Shown here: in pieces, positions 55,078 to 64,000 of the stretch | How positions within the stretch are numbered: position 1 is the first letter of the stretch | How the letters are laid out: each line of letters opens with the position of its first letter | Assembly (NCBI GenBank): GCA_045541375.1 | Contig: JAZQJB010000087.1 | Location: 6,327-70,326, forward strand | Length of the DNA: 64,000 nucleotides | Origin: Eubacteriales bacterium | GTDB taxonomy: Bacteria; Bacillota; Clostridia; Oscillospirales; CAG-272 | Direction of reading: 5' to 3' | Notes under the pieces: generated by a model | What the model saw: only the letters and a program-made list of their open reading frames with translations | The model's database searches: none | What the model was told of the DNA's origin: nothing | Position numbers and translations under genes: made by a program

Positions 55078-57438
55078 ATGTTTTTATCTATGAATTGGAT
55101 ATGCGATTACGTTGACCTTTCCGGTCTTGACAAGCTTTCGCTCATCCACAGATTCTCTCTTTCGACCGCAGAGGTTGAAAACGAAATTTTCATGAAGGGT
55201 AGCGACATAAACGGTATCGTTGTTGCCGAGATCAAGTCGGTAGAGGAGCATCCCGAATCGAGAAAGCTCCACCTTCTCAAGGTTGACATCGGCGAGGCTG
55301 AACTCGTTGACGTCGTTTGCGGCGCTCCCAACGTTGCCGTAGGACTCAAGGTTCCCTTCGCCAAACTCGGCGCGCAGATCGGTGACATCACCATCGCACC
55401 CCGTAAGCTCGCAGGCTACACCTCCAACGGTATGTGCTGCTCCGAAAAGGAACTCGGCATCAGCGACAACAACGACGGTCTTATGATCCTCGACCCCTCT
55501 TTCGTAAACGGTACCGACATCAAGACCCTCTTTGACATCGACGACATCATCTTCGAGGTCGATAACAAGTCGCTCACCAACCGCCCCGACCTTTGGGGTC
55601 ACTACGGAATCGCGCGCGAGTTCGCGGCTATCTCGGGCAGAGAGCTCAAGCCCCTCGATTGCGCGGATCTTAACAAGTATGCAGATCTTCCCGCAGTTGA
55701 TATGAAGATCGAGGACCCGCTTTGCCAGAGATATTCCTGCCTCCAGGTTGAGAACATCACCCGCAAGGTCAGCCCCGTAAATATGCGTATCCGTCTCTAC
55801 TATTGCGGTATGCGCGCAATCAACTTCCTGACCGATATTACCAACTACATCATGCTCGAGATGGGTCAGCCCATGCACGCATTCGACTCGCGCAAGGTTG
55901 AAAAGCTCCGCATCAAGAGATATGACCACAAGTTCTCCTTCAAGACCCTCGACGGCGTTGACCGCAACATCGACGAGGATATGCTCATGATCTGCAACGG
56001 TGACATCCCCGTTTGTATCGCAGGCGTTATGGGCGGTCTCGATTCCGAGATCGTTGAGGATACCACTAAGCTCACCCTCGAGTGCGCTACCTTCGATGCA
56101 GTTTCTGTTCGTAAGACCACAGTTCGTCTCGCACACAGAACCGATGCTTCCCAGCGTTATGAGAAGTGCCTCGACCCCGAGATGACTCCCACTGCAGTCG
56201 CTCGTTTCGTCAAAATCATGCAGGATGCTGACGAGGGTGCAAAGGTTATCTCCTCCCTCACCGACGAGCAGGCATATAAGTATCCCACCATCACCTTCTC
56301 CTTCGATAAGTCCTTCGTAAACCGCTATACCGGCATCGAGATCTCGGATGAGCACATTCTTACAACTCTTTCCGCGCTCGGCTTCGGCATTTCTCTCGAA
56401 GGCACCACCTTCACCGTAACCGTTCCTTCCTGGAGATCCACCAAGGATGTAACAATGAAGGCTGACATCATCGAGGAGATCACCCGTATCTACGGCTACG
56501 ATAACTTCGATATCAATACCGTTTATGCTCCTTCCTATCCCATCCGCGCAAGCCTCAAGAAGAGCGTCGAGGAGCAGATCAAGGACCTCCTTGTAAAGAG
56601 ATTCTCCTGCCACGAGCTTCATTCCTATATCTGGACCTATAACGATGAATATAAGGAGCTCGGTATCGAGGTTGAGGATAATGTAAAGATCGCGGGCGCA
56701 GCCAACCCCAACATCGAAACTCTCCGCAAGTCAATCATCCCCACCCAGCTCTGTCAGGTCAAGTACAACACCGCTTATGCGCCCGAATTCGGCGTATTTG
56801 AGATCGGTTGTGTTGTTGACGGACTCAAGGAAGACGGACTCTGCAACGAAAAGAAGAAACTCGCGATCACCCTCTTCTCGAAGACCGAGAGCATGGAGAC
56901 CGTCTACGGCAAACTCTGCAACATCATCGCAGTCCTCGCCGACGACATCAAGCACGCTCCCGTTAAGTTCTTAAAGAAGGATGCAACTCATTCCTATCAG
57001 CATCCCAGAAACCTCAACGCAGTTTACTGCGGCGAGACCGAGATCGGCGAGATCGGTATCGTATATCCCACCGTATCCAAGAAGATCGACAAGAAGGCGT
57101 CCATCGTTTACGCCGAGATCGACGTTGAGGCATTCGCAAACTGCGATAAGGTCGCACTTGTTTACGATGAACCCTCCAAGTATCCCGAAATGGATATCGA
57201 CCTCACCTTCATGACAGAGATCTACGCCCCCATCGGCGAGTCCGTCAAGGCACACGGAGGCGCTCTCGTCAAGAATGTCAAGGTCACCGACAGATATGCA
57301 GACGAGTCCGGCAAATCCGTCACCGTCCGCATCACATTCGCTGACAAGACCAGAACCCTCACCCGCGACGAAGTCATGGCAATCGCCGACAAGGTAATCG
57401 CAGACCTCGCAGAAAAGGGAATTGCGCTTAAGTCTTAA
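55078..57438 (+). CDS. pheT: Phenylalanyl-tRNA synthetase beta subunit
   Basis: VCGAPN, NRPD, GQPMHAFD, DIIEEITRIYGY, C-terminal FDX-ACB domain. Confidence 0.96.
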   Translation: MFLSMNWICDYVDLSGLDKLSLIHRFSLSTAEVENEIFMKGSDINGIVVAEIKSVEEHPESRKLHLLKVDIGEAELVDVVCGAPNVAVGLKVPFAKLGAQIGDITIAPRKLAGYTSNGMCCSEKELGISDNNDGLMILDPSFVNGTDIKTLFDIDDIIFEVDNKSLTNRPDLWGHYGIAREFAAISGRELKPLDCADLNKYADLPAVDMKIEDPLCQRYSCLQVENITRKVSPVNMRIRLYYCGMRAINFLTDITNYIMLEMGQPMHAFDSRKVEKLRIKRYDHKFSFKTLDGVDRNIDEDMLMICNGDIPVCIAGVMGGLDSEIVEDTTKLTLECATFDAVSVRKTTVRLAHRTDASQRYEKCLDPEMTPTAVARFVKIMQDADEGAKVISSLTDEQAYKYPTITFSFDKSFVNRYTGIEISDEHILTTLSALGFGISLEGTTFTVTVPSWRSTKDVTMKADIIEEITRIYGYDNFDINTVYAPSYPIRASLKKSVEEQIKDLLVKRFSCHELHSYIWTYNDEYKELGIEVEDNVKIAGAANPNIETLRKSIIPTQLCQVKYNTAYAPEFGVFEIGCVVDGLKEDGLCNEKKKLAITLFSKTESMETVYGKLCNIIAVLADDIKHAPVKFLKKDATHSYQHPRNLNAVYCGETEIGEIGIVYPTVSKKIDKKASIVYAEIDVEAFANCDKVALVYDEPSKYPEMDIDLTFMTEIYAPIGESVKAHGGALVKNVKVTDRYADESGKSVTVRITFADKTRTLTRDEVMAIADKVIADLAEKGIALKS

Positions 57439-57444
57439 TATATT

Positions 57445-57475
57445 AAAAGGAGTCTGTTGCGGCAGACTCCTTTTT
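57445..57475 (+). terminator. Intrinsic terminator after pheT
   Basis: AAAAGGAGTCTG-ttgcgg-CAGACTCCTTTT. Confidence 0.75.
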
Positions 57476-57548
57476 CAATGATAATGGTTTTCCGTCTTGC
57501 AGAACGAGTGCTTATTATACGTTTTATCAGCAATATTATCACGAGTTT

Positions 57549-57574
57549 GTAGGGGACGGCGCCCTCGACGTCCC
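57549..57574 (+). repeat. GTAG-type REP sequence
   Basis: GTAG followed by GGGACG-gcgccctcga-CGTCCC hairpin. Confidence 0.65.
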
Positions 57575-57748
57575 AAACCCAATGAAATTATTGATGTGTA
57601 TTTTATTATGTATAAACATTCAATATTTGATTTATTCAAACGCCGCTTGAATAATATAAATAGCGCAGTTATTGATTTTTACCGCAATTTGTGTTATTAT
57701 ATTATCAAAAGATGCGCAACTTTGAATAATGATGTAACGGGGGTTATT

Positions 57749-58900
57749 ATGGCAGATTTGAAGATAGGGGAAGTAATTTTTCGTGAAAGAAGGAAACTGA
57801 AAATGACGCAGGAGGAACTGGCCCGCTCTCTTGATGTTTCCGCGCAAGCCGTATCTAATTGGGAACGTGGTGGTTATCCCGATATAACGCTTCTGCCAAG
57901 AATTGCGAATTACTTCAAGATTACGGTTGATGAGCTTATCGGGAATGATGAGGCAAGCAGACAAACTGAGATAGAAGGTTTTATGGAAAAATACAATAAA
58001 TCTGCTCCTGCCGAGCAGTTGTCATTGTCAAAAGAATATTACAAGAAATATCCAATGGATTATACGGTTTGCGAATCTCTTGCATTGGCAATTTTGCGAA
58101 ACAAACATTGTTGGAAAGATGATTATCCGCTTCTCAAAGAAGCGTGCGAAAAGATACTATCGGAGTGCACATGGGAATATGCTCGCCAAAATGCAAGAGA
58201 ATGTATGAGTATTGTCTGTCCCGATGAAGAATGGGAAAACTGGAAGTATAAGAGCGAACAGTTTTATTCTTCCTGTCAGAATGAGCGCATCGAAGAACGC
58301 TTTTGGCAGAGAGAAAAACAAGAAGAGTATAAAAATCATAATACGGCGAACAATCTTTTGAGCTTAATGCATTTCTTGGGGCGCGAATATATGCGGTATT
58401 TTGAGAAAGACAATTATATGATATTTGAAGATCCGCAGAGGACGGCAGCGCTGATGAAATACAGGATGAAAATAATCGAATGTATTTCGAATGACGGTGG
58501 GGTACCCGAGGCTTGGAGCGGATGTTATGCCGACCTATGTTTGAAAGCAGCTGGAGCACTGATAGGAGCGGGAGAGCTTGATGAAGGATACGCTTATCTC
58601 GAGAGCGCTTTTGAACTTTTTGAAGTTTGGCAGAGAATACCTAACGGAGCAAAAATGGAAGTAGGCAATCCCGCACTTTTCGGGAATGCAAAAATTTCAA
58701 AGATAGAGAAGAATTGTGAAGTCAATATATTTCTCGAGAATGGTACGAAAGTCTGGATTCCCTACCTTTGGCTTTTTTGGCAAAATTCAAATGATATTTT
58801 GCACGCAATGACGAATTGGCCGTGGTTTGACGGTGTGCGAGAGGACAGAAGATATATTGAATTGCTTGAACGAGCGAAAGAACTTGCTGGTACGAAATGA
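57749..58900 (+). CDS. XRE-family HTH regulator with helical (TPR-like) C-terminus
   Basis: MTQEELA..L.VSAQAVSNWERG.YPDITLLP.IA..F..TVDELIG. Confidence 0.85.
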   Translation: MADLKIGEVIFRERRKLKMTQEELARSLDVSAQAVSNWERGGYPDITLLPRIANYFKITVDELIGNDEASRQTEIEGFMEKYNKSAPAEQLSLSKEYYKKYPMDYTVCESLALAILRNKHCWKDDYPLLKEACEKILSECTWEYARQNARECMSIVCPDEEWENWKYKSEQFYSSCQNERIEERFWQREKQEEYKNHNTANNLLSLMHFLGREYMRYFEKDNYMIFEDPQRTAALMKYRMKIIECISNDGGVPEAWSGCYADLCLKAAGALIGAGELDEGYAYLESAFELFEVWQRIPNGAKMEVGNPALFGNAKISKIEKNCEVNIFLENGTKVWIPYLWLFWQNSNDILHAMTNWPWFDGVREDRRYIELLERAKELAGTK

Positions 58901-58933
58901 AAATAGGGGAGGCAAAAAGCTTCCCCTGTTTAA

Positions 58934-59704
58934 TTAATAGTATTCCTCCGGAATATCCTTCAGCTCTTCGCACAGATCGTAATCAGCCTTCTCCCATAGC
59001 ATACTTATGACCTCTGTTCCGCGTACCGCGTCAAATATTCCTATCGTAGCATTTCCGAGCTTATCGTTTTTCAAAGCTCCAAGTGTCTCAAGCGGCTTTC
59101 TGTATACTTCAAAATTACTTGAGCCCGTATTCTTTCCGTGCTTTCGATAAGTCAGCGAATATCGCTTTCCATCGTAGTCAATCACCGTAAGCTGTATAGG
59201 CTCTGCCAAGCGACCCGGAAGATCGATCATTTCGTCAATAGAGTGTATGTAGGTATTGCGGTCAAGACCTACACCGATCAAAAGTACTTTTGCCTTTTCA
59301 TCATAAAGCCTGCGCCAAACGCCACCCTCAAAACATGGGGAAGTGGCAAGCTCCTCACCCTTGACAAATTCTGCCGCGCGCCTACCGAAAGCCGCAACAG
59401 AGTGAGTCGGATGCAACGATCGCACGCCGTCCTTTCTGAACGCCGCAACGGTCGGAAGTGCGCCAATGCAAGGCTCTGTGACAGAAACGTCATAGACAGG
59501 CTGATTTTTGCCGACGTTGCTCCAGGTGTGCGTCGGAACTAAAAACAGTCCATCGGTAAGATATGAGGTGAAAGCATCTATCAACCCATCGCAACCGCCC
59601 TCAACCTCTCCGAGTGAACGCATAGAAGTATGAACCAAAACGGTATCGTCACGCTTGATGCCGATCCGTTCCAAAAATGCATGAATATCTGCTCGTGTCA
59701 GCAT
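58934..59704 (-). CDS. AAC(3)/YokD family N-acetyltransferase
   Basis: GI...DTVLVHTS, PTHT, RSLHPTHSVAA, LIGVG...NT.IH. Confidence 0.88.
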   Translation of the reverse strand: MLTRADIHAFLERIGIKRDDTVLVHTSMRSLGEVEGGCDGLIDAFTSYLTDGLFLVPTHTWSNVGKNQPVYDVSVTEPCIGALPTVAAFRKDGVRSLHPTHSVAAFGRRAAEFVKGEELATSPCFEGGVWRRLYDEKAKVLLIGVGLDRNTYIHSIDEMIDLPGRLAEPIQLTVIDYDGKRYSLTYRKHGKNTGSSNFEVYRKPLETLGALKNDKLGNATIGIFDAVRGTEVISMLWEKADYDLCEELKDIPEEYY

Positions 59705-59718
59705 TGTCCAACTCCTGA

Positions 59719-60438
59719 TTAGACCGGAAATCCCCCGTCAACGGGAATGCAAGCGCCGGTGATAAACGAGGCATTATCCGAAGCCAAAAATCCGATAACC
59801 GCGGCAACTTCTTCAGCTTTTCCAATTCTGCAAAGAGGCGTAGCCTCCGCAAGCTCCTTCATAGCCGCCTCATCGAGCATTGAATTCATATCGGTATCAA
59901 TAACACCCGGCTCAACGCAGTTGACGGTAATGCCCGAAGGACCAAGTTCCTTTGCAAGCGCTTGCGTAAGTCCGCGAAGTCCCGCCTTCGATGCCGAATA
60001 ATGAACCTCGCAGGAAGCGCCCATACGTCCCCAAACCGAACCGACATTTATAATTTTACCGCTTTTTTGCGATACCATCAACTTTGCCGCCTCACGCGAG
60101 AGGGTAAAAGCCGATGAAAGATTCGTGTCGATCATACGCCGCCAAGCCTCGTCCGAAATATCGGTAAAGAGTGAAAACTCCGCAATTCCCGCGCAGTTTA
60201 TCAGAATGTCAATGCCTCCAAGCTGATTGGTAGCCTCCACGAACGCCGATTTTGCGCTCTGTGCGTCCGAAACGTCCGCTTTGATCGGGAAGGCACCTGT
60301 GAGATTCGCGATCTCTTGGGCTTTTTCATCGGCTCTGTGATAAATAAAGGCAACACGGTCGCCTTGCTCTGCAAAATATTTAACCGTCGCCGCGCCGATC
60401 CCGCGCGCGCCGCCGCTTATCAAAACTCTCTTGTTCAT
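59719..60438 (-). CDS. Short-chain dehydrogenase/reductase (FabG/YmfI-like)
   Basis: GGARGIG, NCAG, SVWG..GASCEV.YSASK, PGVIDT, VDGG. Confidence 0.88.
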   Translation of the reverse strand: MNKRVLISGGARGIGAATVKYFAEQGDRVAFIYHRADEKAQEIANLTGAFPIKADVSDAQSAKSAFVEATNQLGGIDILINCAGIAEFSLFTDISDEAWRRMIDTNLSSAFTLSREAAKLMVSQKSGKIINVGSVWGRMGASCEVHYSASKAGLRGLTQALAKELGPSGITVNCVEPGVIDTDMNSMLDEAAMKELAEATPLCRIGKAEEVAAVIGFLASDNASFITGACIPVDGGFPV

Positions 60439-60561
60439 AATGCACCTCGGTGTTTTTCTATATGAATTATATCATAAAATAATAAAATCTGCAAGAGAAA
60501 TATTTACTTTCTTTTGTCTTTGTGATATAATTAAGATAGAAAACTATTCCGAGGTGACGAA

Positions 60562-62850
60562 ATGTACGGTGAAAGTGGCAATCCGAGCACAATAGAAAAA
60601 TACCGCCCCTTCGTTTTTTGGCGCGATTCGGGTCAGAGCAGAGAAGAGGTCAGAGAGCAGGTAAGGCTTTCCGCCGCAGCAGGTGTGGGAGGCTTTATTC
60701 CGTTGCCTATTATCTCCGATGAAATGTCACCCGAGGAAATAACAGAGCAGTTCAAGGTATTCTATTCAAGACTTCTGCCTGCTTCTGCCGAGTACAGTCT
60801 TCCCGTGGCGTTCACTCTTGCAGATTGTATTGAAAAGACAGTCGTTCTTGCTGAAGATGCGATCTGGGAGGATACCATCCGCTCTCGCAAGCTTGTCCGC
60901 CACACACACTATTGCAAGCAGGATGAATCGGTCAATTGGCAGATATTCCCCGGTAAGCTCCTTTCCGTCGTTGCTTACAACGAGGAACGCGACGAAGTTA
61001 TCGATCTCCGCGAATACATTGATGAAGACAGAGTCGTCTATAAATGCCCGCGCGGAAACTGGCGCATCGTGCAGTATGTTTCTCTGCCCGATAACGACGG
61101 CAACCGCCCGAATATCCTTTCTCGCGAGTCGTCGGATGCCTATATCAACGCCGCATACAGAATCTTCGCCGACGTTTTTGAAGGCTATATGGGAACCACG
61201 GTAACGCATCTTTACTATTCGGGTCTGGCGTTTAAGGCTATCAACCGCCACGACTGGAGCGATGATTTCAACGAGGTCTTCGAGGCTCGCTACGGCTTTG
61301 ATCCCGCACCCTTCTATCCTTATCTATTCACACTCGGAGGAAAGGATGCCCCTCGCTTCAAGGCTCATTTTTCCGATTGCCGCGCCCGTATGCTCCGTGA
61401 AGGATATATTGCCGCGGCAGAATGCTTCGCAAAGGCAAACGGACTTTCCCTGATCGGAACTCTTTCCGAATCAAAATCAACTCAATGTTCTCCCATTATG
61501 GGCGACGCTATGCTCAATAATACCGCTACCCCCGGCGCAGTCCTCGACCGCGGATATCTTTACGGCATAAATTCCGTAAAGCTTGCTGCAGGAGCAGCAT
61601 TCGGTCGCGCGATAAACGATATTTTTGTTGAGCTTTATAAGAACTACAAGGAAAACAATTTTGATATAATGATGCGCGATGCCGCTCACGCATTCGCAAG
61701 AGGAGCCAACCTTCCCGCGCTCCATCTGCCCACCCCAACCGCGGCAAATCACGAGCAGACTTCAAGGCTTTTGCGCTTTACCGCAGCTATGCGAACCTGT
61801 CTCAAGGGCGGCCGTCAGGTATCGGATATCGCTGTGATCTATCCGATCTACTATCTCCATTCCTGCGTCAATATGTATAGCGCGGACATCGAGGGCTTTG
61901 AGTACTCGGATACCCCTTCTGATGCCGATTATATGTCCGTCATCAACAGCATCTGCCTCTGCGCAGGTCATGACGTGACTCTTCTGCATCCCGACGTTAT
62001 TGCGAGAAGCGCCAAACCCGATAAAGACCGCCTTCGCCTCGCCGATATGAACGACTCGGGCGGCTTCCGCGTTGTCGTACTTCCGGCGCAAAGAGTAACT
62101 TCTCTCGCTTGTATGCGTGTTCTGCGCGACTATTTCGACGCCGGCGGAAGAATTATCGCAACCGGAGTTCTGCCTACTAAGGCGTTTGAATATGATCCTA
62201 CCGATCCCGATAAGAATGATAAAGAGGTCAGAGAGATCTCCGAATACATCTTCGGCAAGGACGCGCTTGATCCTTCGGTCATCAAGGAATATTGCACAAA
62301 CACATCCCCCGCGGGTGGAAGATCCTTCTTCCTTTATTTCTCAAAAACGGGTATCGATGGCGTAAGTATGGTCAACAGCCTTGACCTCCGCCGCGCGCTA
62401 TCTGTGTTCAAGATCGGTTTCGACGTCTTTGCACCGCAGATGCCGAAGTATGAAACTACGGGTGCCCTTAACGCAAGCTTCAACGAATATACCCGACTCG
62501 GGCTTCTCAAGCACCTTCCCGACGGTGGAATGTTCAACCACATACATAAGCGCATCGGAGGCAAGGATATATATTTCTTTGCCAATACCGCAAACAGAGT
62601 GTCGCACACACCGATATTTATCAGAGGTGCGCATATCCCGATTTGTTATGATCCCGAAACGGGCGCAAAATGGCGAGAGGAGTATGAATACGTTTCGGTC
62701 TACGGCAGGGTCTATACCAGATTTGAGGTATCGATGAGCCCCACCACCTCTCTTGTTGTTGTCAGCGAGGGCGGAGCAGAAAGAAAACTCAGCATTGCCC
62801 CCTCCGATCTGCGTGATTGCACCGATGAAGCTCTCGGAACAGCAAAGTAA
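60562..62850 (+). CDS. GH106 (alpha-L-rhamnosidase)-like protein, divergent
   Basis: RP..FW, GVGG, W.DDF...F...YG.D, DIAVIYP, YFFAN, YDPETG pattern; no signal peptide. Confidence 0.55.
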   Translation: MYGESGNPSTIEKYRPFVFWRDSGQSREEVREQVRLSAAAGVGGFIPLPIISDEMSPEEITEQFKVFYSRLLPASAEYSLPVAFTLADCIEKTVVLAEDAIWEDTIRSRKLVRHTHYCKQDESVNWQIFPGKLLSVVAYNEERDEVIDLREYIDEDRVVYKCPRGNWRIVQYVSLPDNDGNRPNILSRESSDAYINAAYRIFADVFEGYMGTTVTHLYYSGLAFKAINRHDWSDDFNEVFEARYGFDPAPFYPYLFTLGGKDAPRFKAHFSDCRARMLREGYIAAAECFAKANGLSLIGTLSESKSTQCSPIMGDAMLNNTATPGAVLDRGYLYGINSVKLAAGAAFGRAINDIFVELYKNYKENNFDIMMRDAAHAFARGANLPALHLPTPTAANHEQTSRLLRFTAAMRTCLKGGRQVSDIAVIYPIYYLHSCVNMYSADIEGFEYSDTPSDADYMSVINSICLCAGHDVTLLHPDVIARSAKPDKDRLRLADMNDSGGFRVVVLPAQRVTSLACMRVLRDYFDAGGRIIATGVLPTKAFEYDPTDPDKNDKEVREISEYIFGKDALDPSVIKEYCTNTSPAGGRSFFLYFSKTGIDGVSMVNSLDLRRALSVFKIGFDVFAPQMPKYETTGALNASFNEYTRLGLLKHLPDGGMFNHIHKRIGGKDIYFFANTANRVSHTPIFIRGAHIPICYDPETGAKWREEYEYVSVYGRVYTRFEVSMSPTTSLVVVSEGGAERKLSIAPSDLRDCTDEALGTAK

Positions 62851-62865
62851 ATCAAGGAGAAAAAT

Positions 62866-64000
62866 ATGTTTAATAATAAAAAAATAAGAGCCGGCATTGC
62901 GTGGCTCTTGGTGATATTTCTTTTGGTCCCGCTTACCGGATGCGGTGGCGAAGGGCTCGACATCATCGATGAGATAATAAATTCTTCCACAGGATCGCAC
63001 GGCGGCTTGCAGATAGCGGGTAAAAACACAGATTACAAAGAGCCGCAAAGAAAGAGCTTGTATTATCTTGAGCTTGATGAGGTGTCAAAGAGAATTTATG
63101 ACGCCGCATATACCGCGCAAAGCAAAGAAGAGAACGAATTTACTATCACGGGTATAGAGCTTACACCGTATTGCGATTCATATGCATATACTCTGACGCT
63201 GTTTATAAACGATCACCCCGAATTCTTCTGGCTTAACGGATACGTTGAAATAAGCACCACCAGAATGAGCAACAGCGACAACGGAAATATGACAGTTACC
63301 CTCGGAGCTTACGAGTACTGGAACAATAATGATATAAAGAAAGCCAAGGGCGAGCTCGAAGATGCGCTTGAATCGGTCGTTGCACAGGCAAAAGAGATTT
63401 CTGATGAATATGAAAAGATCAAGTTCGTGCACGACTATATTATCGAATTCAATACGTATGATTTCGAGGCTTACGAGCTCGGCGACTCGGTCGATGCAGA
63501 AACCGACGCAAGGGTAAGCTCTGCTTACGGCGCTCTTGTCTTGGGCGACGTAATGTGCGCGGGATACACACGCGCATTTGATCTTGTCATGCACGAGCTT
63601 GGATATGAATCGTTTTACGTTTCGGGTGCAACAAAGTCGGGATCACACGCGTGGAACCTCTTGAAGATAGGTGAGGATTTTTACCACATCGATCTCACGT
63701 GGGACGATCTCGACGGCGATCCCGCAGAGGTAAGATATAATTATTTCTGCCTGACCGACGAGGAGATCACAAAAACACATTCTGTGGATAAAGGAATTGC
63801 TTATCCCAAGGCAAACGCCACCGAATATAACTATTTCGTCAGAAAAGAAATGCTTCTTGACTATTACAGCTTTGCTGCGGTGACCAAGCTTGCGAAAAAA
63901 TATGACGGTAGCGGCGTCTTTGCGTTCAAATGCTATGATGCAAAGGTAATGGCTGATGCAGTCGAAGAACTTGTTAATAATAATATGATATTCAAGCTTG
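62866..64000 (+). CDS. Transglutaminase-like lipoprotein, 3'-truncated by the window edge
   Basis: AAGGAG RBS; lipobox LTGC; MCAGY, HAWN, HIDLTWDD Cys-His-Asp triad; frame runs off the window. Confidence 0.85.
   Translation, partial: MFNNKKIRAGIAWLLVIFLLVPLTGCGGEGLDIIDEIINSSTGSHGGLQIAGKNTDYKEPQRKSLYYLELDEVSKRIYDAAYTAQSKEENEFTITGIELTPYCDSYAYTLTLFINDHPEFFWLNGYVEISTTRMSNSDNGNMTVTLGAYEYWNNNDIKKAKGELEDALESVVAQAKEISDEYEKIKFVHDYIIEFNTYDFEAYELGDSVDAETDARVSSAYGALVLGDVMCAGYTRAFDLVMHELGYESFYVSGATKSGSHAWNLLKIGEDFYHIDLTWDDLDGDPAEVRYNYFCLTDEEITKTHSVDKGIAYPKANATEYNYFVRKEMLLDYYSFAAVTKLAKKYDGSGVFAFKCYDAKVMADAVEELVNNNMIFKL

Noticed and set aside
57497-57748. N-terminal extensions given by the ORF track (also at 2162-3370, 13256, 22842, 30136, 42376 and 42488)
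   Set aside because: The extensions run through promoter, REP or terminator sequence; downstream ATGs with RBS fit the family N-termini better.

Overview
A 64-kb chromosomal segment, most likely from a spore-forming Clostridia (Oscillospirales/Ruminococcaceae-like) gut or rumen bacterium. The taxonomy is inferred from dpsA/dpsB, a sortase-type motif, Firmicutes-style promoters and gene content. Most of the window is housekeeping and metabolism: glnA, mscL, a guanine-riboswitch-led nucleoside ABC transporter, birA, dpsAB, metY-metA, nagA-metG-tatD, EF-G2, truB/trmB, ychF, an OmpR two-component system with HtrA, a XerC-like recombinase and pheST. No rRNA, tRNA, CRISPR array or transposase was seen. 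Six things stand out. (1) A four-gene biotin-dependent decarboxylase-like operon (6725-9656) is intact and tightly coupled, but its OadA-like subunit has lost its catalytic motifs, its carboxyltransferase motifs are altered, and its 40-aa 'biotin carrier' has no biotin domain. (2) An unrecognised ~110-aa aromatic-rich module occurs four times across two adjacent surface proteins next to an SGNH esterase domain and an FAD oxidoreductase. (3) A four-helix-bundle gene is preceded by inverted heptamer repeat arrays. (4) A ~480-bp nested palindromic REP/REPIN-like element fills an intergenic region. (5) A 169-bp TTAA-bounded hairpin element sits in the leader of a MutS-ATPase gene. (6) A ComEC with an apparently dead nuclease domain lies beside a free-standing intact one. 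All family assignments come from motif recognition by eye, not database searches.
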